A DNA stretch of 64,000 nt from a virus: IMG/VR virus record IMGVR_UViG_3300008216_000009, positions 31,607 through 95,606 of that record; one strand, written 5' to 3'. Under the pieces are notes generated by a model. That model ran no database searches. It was not told where the DNA came from and saw only the letters and a list, made by a program, of their open reading frames with translations. Every line of letters begins with the position of its first letter. Position 1 is the stretch's first letter. Below, in pieces: positions 7,479-16,272 of the stretch. A program made the translations under genes and the position numbers.

Positions 7479-10400
7479 ATGACACAAGAGCTACTTAAAC
7501 ATGTTGATGAGATGATTGAATCTGTGATTGTCTCAGAGCTTGGGTTCTTTCAGGACAATAATTACACCATCGATCTTTCTGTGAAGACTGAAGATGGTGA
7601 GGATTCTTTTTTTGTGCGCCGGAACGGTGCTGTTCTCTATGCTGGACCTGACGGAGCGAAGGCCGCTTCCCAGTTTTATTCTCAGATAGCTCAGGTTCAT
7701 GAGGATGACCAGAACGGTGCTGATCCAGATTTTGCTACTCTGAGAGAAATTTTAGAGGCTCGAAACCAGCATGTGAAAGAGGCTCTTTCTCAACTGGGCC
7801 ACACGGATTTGGCCCGGTCTTTGAGTAAACTTACTTTCAAATCTATTGATAATGAATGGCACGATATATTCTTTTCTCCCGATGCTACAGAGGAGATAAT
7901 CAAGGGAGAGCGTGTAGAGAAGCTTATACCTGCCGTTATCGGAGCGGCTTTAGGGGCAGTGGGCCAGGTTGCGGGTACAGTAGTGGATGCTGCTACGAAT
8001 GTGGAAGCTTCGGATCCAGATGAGACCAAGCCAAAAAGTAAGGCTCCTAAAGTGGGGGGTGTAGATAAATCTGTTTCTGACAATCTTATTTACACTGAGG
8101 ATGATCGTTCTGAGGAAGCAAAAGATTTAGAGAGTCCAGCCAATTTTGATGAGGCTGCCAGCAAACCCAATCTTATTATGCGTCAGGAGCTTGAGAACAC
8201 TTCTGAATACCAGGGAGTGTTCTTCTTCATTAAAAATTCTTTTGAAGAGCTTCTCTTTGTGAAGCGCACTGGTGCTCCTTATTGGGAACTTCCCGGCGGA
8301 TTAAAGAAGGAGGACGAATCTCTTAGAGATGCATTGAAGCGTCAGATTGCCCTATTAAACTTAAAAGCACGACAGGCAAAACAACTTGGCTCTGTCAGTA
8401 TGGGTGAGGGCCATGTAAGTGGGATGATATTTGCGGTATCGGTGTCTGGTCAGATAGTTCTTCCTGATAAATATGATTCACTCACATGGGTCTCCGTAGG
8501 AAGTTTGGCGAATGTGCCATTGGCCCCTGATTACAATATCGATGAATTAAAGGACATGATCACTACCTCTATGGATGATCCTGAGGATAGGCTTTATCTG
8601 TCCACCAATGTTAGCAATGATATTTACAAACAACGAGATATAACTGATTTAGGTGATCCATTTCAGTCGGTGGGCGATAATTATGTTCCTCCTGGGGTTC
8701 GTGGCTCAGTTGTTCAAGATGGGGTTCGTGGAGGTGTCCAAGCTAGAGAGATAGGGGACAATCTGAAACATCTTCGTAACCAAGTCGGACTTAAACACCA
8801 TGAGGAGTCTGAGGGTGTTTTTAAGTACCCAGACAATAATCCAATACCTGAGGGTGAGGATGAAGATCTGGATCCCGGAAGGGAGCATGTTGAGGAGGAG
8901 AATAACCCCTATCTACATAAGAGTCGGGACGGTTCTCGACAGTCATATATGGGTCTTAGACAGTCATATATGGGCCTTAGACAGCCAGTAAATAAGGAAT
9001 CTCCTGTGTGGGAGACGGAGACCGATAGTGAGTATGTCGAGAAATTCGATACCCAAGGTTGGGATCCCGGTCACCCAGAAACAATAAATGATAGTCGCAT
9101 GCAACCTAGAGGTATTCCTCAGGAGCGGCTAAGTGAGCGTATTGAGAAGGGTGAAGATGAGGGAATAGGGGCTAAAAGAACACTTGTAAAGGTTAATGAG
9201 TACTCTAAAAGACTTATAGATATTTTAGGTGACAATGAAGAAATAGATTTTTGGGTTCTCGATAAGATTTCTCGTACAGGCTCCTATATGAGCGATATAT
9301 ATCATCATTTGACTGATTCTAGGAAACTTGATGTTCAGCAGAAAGCATATCCTTTCACGGTAGACAGGCCGGAAGATATGCAGGATCCGATTTCTGCTCA
9401 ACGCAAAAAAGACAAATTATCTCCTGCCAGTGAGGAAGCTCTTTCCAGTGCAGAGGCTGGGACCGGTACTCAAGCTTTTAGTTCTGGAGCAGTAGTAGAT
9501 TTACCTGAATCTATGGATGCTGAGATAGGTGTTCAACCGCATGCCGTACAGGGTTCTGGATCTGAGGGTGTTGAGGGGGGTGGAGATGGGAGCATAGATA
9601 TGATTCCAACTCCAGATGCCTCTATGAATATTGATGAGGCCGAGAAGGCTTCGGAGTTCGATTCAAGATTGAGATCCCTTAGAAAGAAAGATCCACTTGT
9701 TAGAAAAGATACTGTTGGATCATATGATGATCACCATCATGATAGATTATCCAAAGTAAATACTTTTGAATCTAGGTTGGTTGAGTTAAAAGAAGGTGGA
9801 GGTGATGGTGGGGGAGGTGGCAGTTTTGGTGGGGATGGCGGTAGTGGAACTGCTATGACCTCTGGTGGAACTCACACTGCTACATATGGTGGTGGGGGGA
9901 CTTCTACTGCTTATGACAGTTCTTTGAAGCCCAAATCAGCCGAAGTAACTAAATCTGATTCTGACAAAGAAGAAGAAAAAGAGTCTGAAGTAGAAACTAT
10001 ATTTGAGAATGTAGCTGAAACTGTAGATAGCAGTTTGGAGAAAAATGCTGATGTTTACGGCACTACGGAGGGGCTATCTCAGCTACCAGCCCCAGACGTG
10101 CCTGAGCTTGGACAGACCAAAGATCCTAAAAAATCTAATTCAATAGATAGGCATAGGCCGGGGGATTCAGAGTCTAGAAGAAGGATGGACGGTAGGGGTG
10201 TTCGTAATGAACCGTTTCCTCCTGGGCAGGAGCCTATAGGGGATGATGTCAGTAATTTAGTTATTGCTGAGAATGAGGATACTTACAAGCCCGCAGAGCT
10301 TGAAGAGAGGGCCGAGAACGAAATTGTCCGAAGAAAATTCATAGACGAAGATTCTCATAGGATTCGTACTAATGATATGGCTGCGGAGCAATATACGAAT

Positions 10401-11129
10401 TTATCCTATGATACTCGTCTTACACCTGAGAACCAGCTAGGCGACGCTGTTTCGGGTGTTGTAGCGACTTTGCTTTCTCCCATGCTGGCAAAGAGTGGAG
10501 ACGATCCTAGTAATATAGATGTGGGTCTTATGAAAGTCCTGGTTCCCGATGGTATCGAGAAACAGACTGATTTCATGGACACCAAGAATACTCTGGTTGT
10601 TGCTGGGTGGGGGAATTATTACGTCATAGATCAAGAGGGCCACAGAATTGGTATAGAGGGAATGAGGCGAGCTTTAGAGGAATTTTTAAAGCGTCCAGAA
10701 TATGCCAATGTGAATATTTTCCATTCTGGGATACAGGTAGGTCAGATTCTTCCAGAATTCACTGATGAGCACGGTAAATTATGGAAAACTGAAGTAAGAC
10801 CTGAGGGAATGTTTGTTGTGGCTGCCATTAGAAATGATCTTGAAGTTGCTCGTAAGGCTATGAGAGAGATAATGAAAGGCACTTTACGGGGATTCAGTAT
10901 TGCGGGTAATGCTAAAGATAAAGAGTTGAAGTGTGACCATGGTAAATGCTGGACCGAGGTTACAGATATGGAAATGTATGAAGTCACCCTTTGTGTTCAG
11001 CCTATGAATCAAAATTCTTACATAACAGACATTCTTCAAATGCCGGACGCACAAGTATGCCCAGATTGCTATGAGGGTGTTCAAGTTGAGTACGATTCGA
11101 ACCTTAATATTCAGGGTGTTAGTATCTAA
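7479..11129 (+). CDS. prohead maturation protease polyprotein (degenerate Nudix domain, acidic linkers, C-terminal HK97/herpes-fold serine protease)
   Basis: C-terminal domain LVVAGW...IDQEG...NIFHS..QVG...GMFV...GTLRGFSIAG...YEVTLC..PMN with His/Ser catalytic motifs; lies upstream of scaffold and capsid genes. ATG 7479 has SD GAGGAG (ORF track starts at 7437). Confidence 0.85.
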   Translation: MTQELLKHVDEMIESVIVSELGFFQDNNYTIDLSVKTEDGEDSFFVRRNGAVLYAGPDGAKAASQFYSQIAQVHEDDQNGADPDFATLREILEARNQHVKEALSQLGHTDLARSLSKLTFKSIDNEWHDIFFSPDATEEIIKGERVEKLIPAVIGAALGAVGQVAGTVVDAATNVEASDPDETKPKSKAPKVGGVDKSVSDNLIYTEDDRSEEAKDLESPANFDEAASKPNLIMRQELENTSEYQGVFFFIKNSFEELLFVKRTGAPYWELPGGLKKEDESLRDALKRQIALLNLKARQAKQLGSVSMGEGHVSGMIFAVSVSGQIVLPDKYDSLTWVSVGSLANVPLAPDYNIDELKDMITTSMDDPEDRLYLSTNVSNDIYKQRDITDLGDPFQSVGDNYVPPGVRGSVVQDGVRGGVQAREIGDNLKHLRNQVGLKHHEESEGVFKYPDNNPIPEGEDEDLDPGREHVEEENNPYLHKSRDGSRQSYMGLRQSYMGLRQPVNKESPVWETETDSEYVEKFDTQGWDPGHPETINDSRMQPRGIPQERLSERIEKGEDEGIGAKRTLVKVNEYSKRLIDILGDNEEIDFWVLDKISRTGSYMSDIYHHLTDSRKLDVQQKAYPFTVDRPEDMQDPISAQRKKDKLSPASEEALSSAEAGTGTQAFSSGAVVDLPESMDAEIGVQPHAVQGSGSEGVEGGGDGSIDMIPTPDASMNIDEAEKASEFDSRLRSLRKKDPLVRKDTVGSYDDHHHDRLSKVNTFESRLVELKEGGGDGGGGGSFGGDGGSGTAMTSGGTHTATYGGGGTSTAYDSSLKPKSAEVTKSDSDKEEEKESEVETIFENVAETVDSSLEKNADVYGTTEGLSQLPAPDVPELGQTKDPKKSNSIDRHRPGDSESRRRMDGRGVRNEPFPPGQEPIGDDVSNLVIAENEDTYKPAELEERAENEIVRRKFIDEDSHRIRTNDMAAEQYTNLSYDTRLTPENQLGDAVSGVVATLLSPMLAKSGDDPSNIDVGLMKVLVPDGIEKQTDFMDTKNTLVVAGWGNYYVIDQEGHRIGIEGMRRALEEFLKRPEYANVNIFHSGIQVGQILPEFTDEHGKLWKTEVRPEGMFVVAAIRNDLEVARKAMREIMKGTLRGFSIAGNAKDKELKCDHGKCWTEVTDMEMYEVTLCVQPMNQNSYITDILQMPDAQVCPDCYEGVQVEYDSNLNIQGVSI
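8938..8984 (+). repeat. 21-bp in-frame tandem duplication (RQSYMGL x2)
   Basis: GACAGTCATATATGGGTCTTA / GACAGTCATATATGGGCCTTA / GACAG, one mismatch. Confidence 0.95.
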
Positions 11130-11160
11130 ATTTTCAATTTATAGACTTTTTGCAAAAAAC

Positions 11161-11190
11161 TTTACATCTGTAACACTTAGTCGTTATAGT
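11161..11190 (+). promoter_or_regulatory. putative promoter TTTACA-N18-TATAGT upstream of scaffold/capsid
   Basis: Intergenic, preceded by an A-tract; same -35 as the 3049 promoter; strong SD AAGGAGGT follows. Confidence 0.5.
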
Positions 11191-11220
11191 ATTTAGTAAC
11201 CTTTGAAGGAGGTATGAGGA

Positions 11221-12279
11221 ATGGCAAATCGCCAAGAAGAACTGTTGCCTATTCTCAAGGCTCTTCGGGAGTATATATCCAAGGAGTATGCGGTAAATTA
11301 TCCCCCGCATGTCCGTGGTGAAGATGCTTCCAACAAGGAACTTCCTGCTAACTGGCAGGATAAGCTCGACCCCATCACGGGTGGAGACACTGTGGGTAGG
11401 GACAAATTCGGATCTCAGGGCCAGAATACGACAAAAGCTGGCTCACAGTCCGAAGATGCCTATATCCATAAGTCTGAATTGGAGCAGATCCTTAAGGATT
11501 TTGTTTCCAAGCACTACGTGGATGGTATGGACGTTCAGCAACGTGGCGCACGTGGCGACAATGCTGGATTTGCCTACCCGGGTGAAGAGCGAAGAGTTCC
11601 TGAGGGCTTAGAGAAGCACCATGGGGAAGAGATGGAGAAGAACGAGGAAGAGTTGAACGGGAACGGATTCCCGCCGCCAGCAGAAGAGGAAGAGAATGGT
11701 CTTCCTACTATGGAAGAGGCTGGCGAAGAGGAAGAAGATGACGTGCTGGGCGAGGAAGAGGAAGACGAGGAGATAGAGGGCGTTGCTGCGGGCAATATGG
11801 CCTATAGCAAGGACCGAGCAGTTTCAAATCTTCTCAAAGATATTAAGGGTCTTCTAGTTCAGAAGCAGACCGAGAGGTCTGAGTTTGGCAGTCTTAAGAA
11901 AGAGTTGGACATCATAAAGAAGTCCATGCCCAATCAGATCAAGCAGGGTGTCACTGCTGGGATGAAGAAGTTCAATTTGAATCCTAGTGTTAGTGATCAG
12001 GCTACAAGGGTTCCAGTTGGGGCGGCTTCCCCTCCTGCAGCCTCGCCTATGCCTGACAAGAGAATCGGCGTTGAGGGAGAGTCTTTTGCTAAGACGGATC
12101 CCGAAGCCAATTGGGCAGCCCAGGAACAGTTTACTAACGCCGTTGAGACGATTTTGAGCGGTAACGACGCTGACGACATTCGAGGCACCTTCAAGAAGGT
12201 TAACTCGATGAGGAATCAGTCTGGTGAGCTTACGCCGCAAACCCTGTACTACTATCCTAGGAACGGGGGCGCACAGTAA
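11221..12279 (+). CDS. capsid scaffolding protein
   Basis: Between protease and MCP; Glu-rich linker, coiled-coil segment, many Phi-x-K sites. Confidence 0.75.
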   Translation: MANRQEELLPILKALREYISKEYAVNYPPHVRGEDASNKELPANWQDKLDPITGGDTVGRDKFGSQGQNTTKAGSQSEDAYIHKSELEQILKDFVSKHYVDGMDVQQRGARGDNAGFAYPGEERRVPEGLEKHHGEEMEKNEEELNGNGFPPPAEEEENGLPTMEEAGEEEEDDVLGEEEEDEEIEGVAAGNMAYSKDRAVSNLLKDIKGLLVQKQTERSEFGSLKKELDIIKKSMPNQIKQGVTAGMKKFNLNPSVSDQATRVPVGAASPPAASPMPDKRIGVEGESFAKTDPEANWAAQEQFTNAVETILSGNDADDIRGTFKKVNSMRNQSGELTPQTLYYYPRNGGAQ

Positions 12280-13595
12280 TGACAACGCAGAATGATCTCT
12301 CCATAGCTGAATATATCGGTGCTGCCGAGCGAAACCTTCGCTCAAGTCTGATGCCGCCTGGGTACTTTGCTAAGCAGACGTACCTGCAGGTATCGGACGT
12401 GTTCACGGCGACTTATGGCCGCAAGGTCTGGGACGCATTGAACAACCAGACCCGGTTCTGGAACATACTTCGAAAGGTACAGTGGGGTCCCACAACTGGT
12501 TGGCGTGTTCGCTCCGACAGGGGTTCGAACCGCTCTCGACCAGTGACTGAGACTGGAGCACTTCCTACTGTCGATGTCTCTGCCTATCAGGCAGTCGATT
12601 CGGCACCAAGGATTATGGCTACAGACTTTGGTGTCTCACTCAAGTCCCAGATTATGTCTGGGTTGGAAGGTGGCATGGGCGACAACCTTGCGGTTGAGCA
12701 AGAAGCTGCTGCAAGGGACCACATCAAGGAGCTTAACTCTGAGCTTCTTCTTCGCTCCAACGGAATTGTCACCACAGGTGGTGCCTCTGCTACAGGGGCA
12801 GTGTTAGGTGCTGGTAATACGTTCCGAATTGGTGACACCATTAGTGACACGGGTCTCAGTGATGCTTCAAAGGTAATTTCGGGCATCTCTGGTAACGTTC
12901 TTACTTATACTGGTGGTGGAAACCTTACAGACGGTGCTATCGCTTATGCGAAAGCCCGTGCTGGTCTGACCTCGATTGATGACATCGTTGAGCAGGACGC
13001 TCGTACTATTGCGGGTGTTACCCTAGGCTCTGGCATCGGGGCAGATGTTTACAACCAGTCCACTAGGACGGCGGGTGCGTGGAATGCTGCTGCAACTGTT
13101 CTTGCGAATAGTGGCACAGGCAGGAACCTTACCCTGTCTCTCCTAGACCAGGCCATTAGGGAAGTTCGTATCAATGGTGCGGATCCCGACGTAATCCTTA
13201 TGGGTTACGACCAGTTCGACAGGCTTTCTTCACTCCTACAGGCGCAGCAGCGTTACATGGACTGGGGCGAGTTCGTTGTAAAGGTTGGCGACGAGAGTAC
13301 CCTTCCCGGTTCGCATGCTGGGTTCCAGGTTTCGACCTATAGGGGTATTCCAGTCATCGTGGATCCCGACATCCAGACTTCCTACACGGCTGCGGATGCC
13401 GAACTTGGCTCTAACGTGTACGTGCTTGACACGAGGTATCTGGAACTCGCTATTGCTGCTCCTACGCAGTACATCGATAACAGGGACTTCTTCCAGGCGA
13501 ACGCCTTTGTCCTTCGTGGACTCTTCTACACCATTGGTGAGTTGAGGGCACTTCGTATGGATACACACTCCAAGATCACGGATTTGAATGCTTAG
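12279..13595 (+). CDS. major capsid protein (HK97 fold)
   Basis: YGRKVW..LN, GWRV, LTLSLLD, G..PDVILMGYD, LLQAQQR, AGF.V.TY.GIP, Y.LDT.YL, PTQY, GEL motifs; followed by a terminator; likely propeptide cleavage at FAK/Q. Confidence 0.9.
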   Translation: MTTQNDLSIAEYIGAAERNLRSSLMPPGYFAKQTYLQVSDVFTATYGRKVWDALNNQTRFWNILRKVQWGPTTGWRVRSDRGSNRSRPVTETGALPTVDVSAYQAVDSAPRIMATDFGVSLKSQIMSGLEGGMGDNLAVEQEAAARDHIKELNSELLLRSNGIVTTGGASATGAVLGAGNTFRIGDTISDTGLSDASKVISGISGNVLTYTGGGNLTDGAIAYAKARAGLTSIDDIVEQDARTIAGVTLGSGIGADVYNQSTRTAGAWNAAATVLANSGTGRNLTLSLLDQAIREVRINGADPDVILMGYDQFDRLSSLLQAQQRYMDWGEFVVKVGDESTLPGSHAGFQVSTYRGIPVIVDPDIQTSYTAADAELGSNVYVLDTRYLELAIAAPTQYIDNRDFFQANAFVLRGLFYTIGELRALRMDTHSKITDLNA

Positions 13596-13611
13596 TTAGG
13601 GGTTTATTAGT

Positions 13612-13656
13612 GGGTAGGTAGGGGATCTCAAAGTCCCCTACCTACTCTAGAGTTTT
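13612..13656 (+). terminator. intrinsic terminator after MCP
   Basis: GTAGGTAGGGGA-loop-TCCCCTACCTAC 12-bp stem, then a T-rich tail. Confidence 0.75.
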
Positions 13657-13753
13657 AACAACAAAATTTAGTCAGTTTTTCTTGTCATGAGTATCCGAGG
13701 GAAACCTTGGAGAGGTTGGTATAGGTGGAAGTGGCAGGAAAAGGAGTTTTTAG

Positions 13754-14140
13754 ATGGCTGTTACATGGACAACGACAATAATTCACCGAAGTGTTTTTGG
13801 TAACAAGAGAATTGTTACCGCAGACATAGAAGCTACTGGCACGAGCACCGTCACAGCGACGGGAGATGCCTATGCTCCATCTGAGCTAGGTCTTACAGGC
13901 TTTGACATAGTCATGATGAGTGGATTCACCCTCAGTAATACGGGAGGGGCTACTCAAACAGCGGCACAGTCTGTGACTGCTGCTGATACAGGATATTTCC
14001 CTGTATATAACTATACCCAAGAGTCAATATCTACCCATCATCTGGGGCCAGCAGATCTGTCTTCGGTGGGTCCTAGCATTGTTGCTACTGGCATCAATAT
14101 AACTGGTGCCAAGATAAGGCTCATGGCAGTAGGTTACTAG
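13754..14140 (+). CDS. virion structural protein, possibly head decoration
   Basis: Directly after MCP; beta-rich, VFGNKR...ELGL...IRLMAVGY. Confidence 0.6.
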   Translation: MAVTWTTTIIHRSVFGNKRIVTADIEATGTSTVTATGDAYAPSELGLTGFDIVMMSGFTLSNTGGATQTAAQSVTAADTGYFPVYNYTQESISTHHLGPADLSSVGPSIVATGINITGAKIRLMAVGY

Positions 14141-14213
14141 TTTTTACAACTGAATATTGGGTTTTGGGGTGGTACGAGTCAGCTCGACTACTGAATTTTT
14201 GACTAGAATTAGA

Positions 14214-14246
14214 AAAATGGGGTAGTCGTTTTGGCTACCCCATTTT
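14214..14246 (+). terminator. intrinsic, possibly bidirectional terminator
   Basis: AAAATGGGGTAG...CTACCCCATTTT perfect 12-bp inverted repeat with A and T flanks. Confidence 0.8.
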
Positions 14247-14259
14247 GTATTGGAGAGAT

Positions 14260-14364
14260 ATGGCAAGACGTAACTGGACACAGTGTAAGTGCGGAGCAAA
14301 GTTGCACGTGAAGAAGGGCGAAAAGATGTGTTATCCGTGTAGGGTTAAGGAGAGGAAAGAATAG
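14260..14364 (+). CDS. 34-aa basic Cys-rich peptide, absent from ORF track
   Basis: SD GGAG; MARRNWTQCKCGAKLHVKKGEKMCYPCRVKERKE*. Confidence 0.6.
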   Translation: MARRNWTQCKCGAKLHVKKGEKMCYPCRVKERKE

Positions 14365-14373
14365 GGTAGGGTT

Positions 14374-14568
14374 ATGAAAAATTTAAGTTTATTTATGGGC
14401 AAAATAAGACCTCAAATTTTCTTAGCACTATGTATTTTAGGAATAGTGGCGATATTAGGAATTTGGCACGGTCTTAATGAGGTCACGGTTGGCTGTATAG
14501 CGGGTATAATTGCGTTAGCAAAAGATGTTTTACAGGTAGATTCTGGTAATGGGGCTGAGGAAGAGTAG
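14374..14568 (+). CDS. small two-TM membrane protein, holin-like
   Basis: Two hydrophobic helices and an acidic tail. Confidence 0.55.
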   Translation: MKNLSLFMGKIRPQIFLALCILGIVAILGIWHGLNEVTVGCIAGIIALAKDVLQVDSGNGAEEE

Positions 14569-14579
14569 GGGGTTAAGGT

Positions 14580-14933
14580 ATGGTGGAGGAGCAAGAATCT
14601 ACAAAGGAAGAAGTTGGTTTAACAAGGAGAGAGTTAGAGACTGAGCTTGTAGGTGCGAAAGCTAAAATTGTAGAGCTTGAAGCAAAGACTAAAACTACAC
14701 TTACAGGCTCTCAATTTCTGACAATCGTACTCGTAGGCCCGTTATTTTTGGCTTTCGTAACACTTGGAGTGTTGATTGTGTGGAAAACGACATCAAAACC
14801 TGCAGAAATTGCGCCACACCTGGATATAATTCTTGTAGCGTTCGCAATTTTCGCCAATCCTGTGACGGCAGCGGCTGGTGTGATTGTGGGTATGATGCAG
14901 GATGACGTGAGAAAGAAGAATGAGGAAAAGTAA
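14580..14933 (+). CDS. two-TM membrane protein with N-terminal coiled coil, holin-like
   Basis: FLTIVLVGPLFLAFVTLGVLIVW and IILVAFAIFANPVTAAAGVIVG helices. Confidence 0.55.
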   Translation: MVEEQESTKEEVGLTRRELETELVGAKAKIVELEAKTKTTLTGSQFLTIVLVGPLFLAFVTLGVLIVWKTTSKPAEIAPHLDIILVAFAIFANPVTAAAGVIVGMMQDDVRKKNEEK

Positions 14934-14969
14934 GTGACTGAGTAGACCGATTGTCTCTAAGGAGTAATC

Positions 14970-15875
14970 ATGAGTGACGATAAACAAAAGAAATTTAGAA
15001 ATAAAAAGTTTTCTTTGCGTCTTCCTTCTTTTACAAGTATTAAGCTGGGGGGATTTGGGTCTTTTAAGCTCCCTGTTTTTGGGAAAATACGTAATCCTTT
15101 CCCGACAGGGCTTTATCTTGGTGGCGGGAAACTAATTGTAATTTCTCTTGCTACCGTGTCTCTTGGATTCGTAGCGTCTATGTTCCTTTTGCTAAGTAAA
15201 GGAGAGCAGGAGATTACTTGGCCCATGACTGGGGCGGTTTACGAAGCTCCTAGTATGATTGGGGCCAGAGTTGTAGACGAAGAAACTCCTATGGAAGCCT
15301 CACAGACGTTGCAGATTAACCTTCCAGGCGGAATACGCCTGGATGAGATTAATCTGGTAAACATTTCTCTGGGTAAGGCTGCTCTAGCTACTGCTTTTCA
15401 GATTGCTGGAACTAGTACGGCTTACATTGTTGTTGATGATTTAATAATTAAAAATTCAGAGTTCCCAAGTATGGACTTTGCGAATTCTGAGTTCTACGCC
15501 ATTAATGCAACCACCTCTGTAGTAGCTGCAGGTCATACTTTTAACATGACGGCTACAACTACTCTCTCAGACATCACTATTGGTAGTGGTAGGGGTGTTG
15601 CTTCTTACGATGCTAAGGACATGGTAGTTGACAGAATTATAATTGAATGCACAGGCAGTTCAGATTGCGTCATTGATACGATAACTATTGATGGTGTCAA
15701 AACATGGATAGGCACCTTTGACTTGGATTATGTTAAAGCCGGAACACTTACCCTAGAAACCCTTAGAGTTGGTGATGATGGAGACATTAATTCGGCTGAT
15801 CTTGTGATTAACAGTACAGTTTATTTCACCTCTGTAACGGATGGCGTGGTAGAGGAGCCTGTAAATATAAAATAG
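14970..15875 (+). CDS. membrane-anchored beta-strand-rich protein
   Basis: Basic N-terminus, one TM helix, Ile/Asp-rich beta-solenoid-like ectodomain. Confidence 0.6.
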   Translation: MSDDKQKKFRNKKFSLRLPSFTSIKLGGFGSFKLPVFGKIRNPFPTGLYLGGGKLIVISLATVSLGFVASMFLLLSKGEQEITWPMTGAVYEAPSMIGARVVDEETPMEASQTLQINLPGGIRLDEINLVNISLGKAALATAFQIAGTSTAYIVVDDLIIKNSEFPSMDFANSEFYAINATTSVVAAGHTFNMTATTTLSDITIGSGRGVASYDAKDMVVDRIIIECTGSSDCVIDTITIDGVKTWIGTFDLDYVKAGTLTLETLRVGDDGDINSADLVINSTVYFTSVTDGVVEEPVNIK

Positions 15876-15917
15876 GCTGAGGGTATTATTAATAGGTTAA
15901 GGTAAAGGGAGAGAGAG

Positions 15918-16094
15918 ATGGTTATTTTAGGAGCGATACGTTTGGGATTGGCAATAGCAAGTAGGTTGAAAGATATGGAGGATCGTATCTCATTATTAGG
16001 TACGCTGACTTTAGCTGTGGGTGATGATGGAAAAGTTACGCCTATTGAGTGGGCTACTATAGGTAAACGCCTAGGTGTGTTTGATGTTAAGTAA
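15918..16094 (+). CDS. 58-aa hypothetical protein, absent from ORF track
   Basis: Purine-rich RBS, ATG 15918, MVILGAIRLGLAIASRLKDMEDRISLLGTLTLAVGDDGKVTPIEWATIGKRLGVFDVK*. Confidence 0.65.
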   Translation: MVILGAIRLGLAIASRLKDMEDRISLLGTLTLAVGDDGKVTPIEWATIGKRLGVFDVK

Positions 16095-16272
16095 ATTGAT
16101 GTCCTGGTTTGTTGGAAGAAGCGGTAAATTGAAGGGCCATGAATTTGGTGTAGTCAGGTTTGGCCCCCAAGAATTGCCTATGGTTCCTTTCAAGCATCCT
16201 CATATAGGAAAGGTTAAACTTTTTTATGTGGACGCTAAGGTCAGGGACAGACTGTCAAAGGTAAATAAATAA
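16075..16272 (+). CDS. hypothetical protein
   Basis: Fills the gap and is coupled to the next gene; true start probably later (MSWFVG). Confidence 0.5.
   Translation: MCLMLSKLMSWFVGRSGKLKGHEFGVVRFGPQELPMVPFKHPHIGKVKLFYVDAKVRDRLSKVNK

Noticed and set aside
13596-14259. tRNA (including tRNA-Sec) or structured ncRNA in the intergenic gaps around 13754-14140
   Set aside because: I found only terminator-like hairpins and no cloverleaf or T-loop consensus by eye. tRNAscan-SE or Infernal would be needed to exclude it fully.
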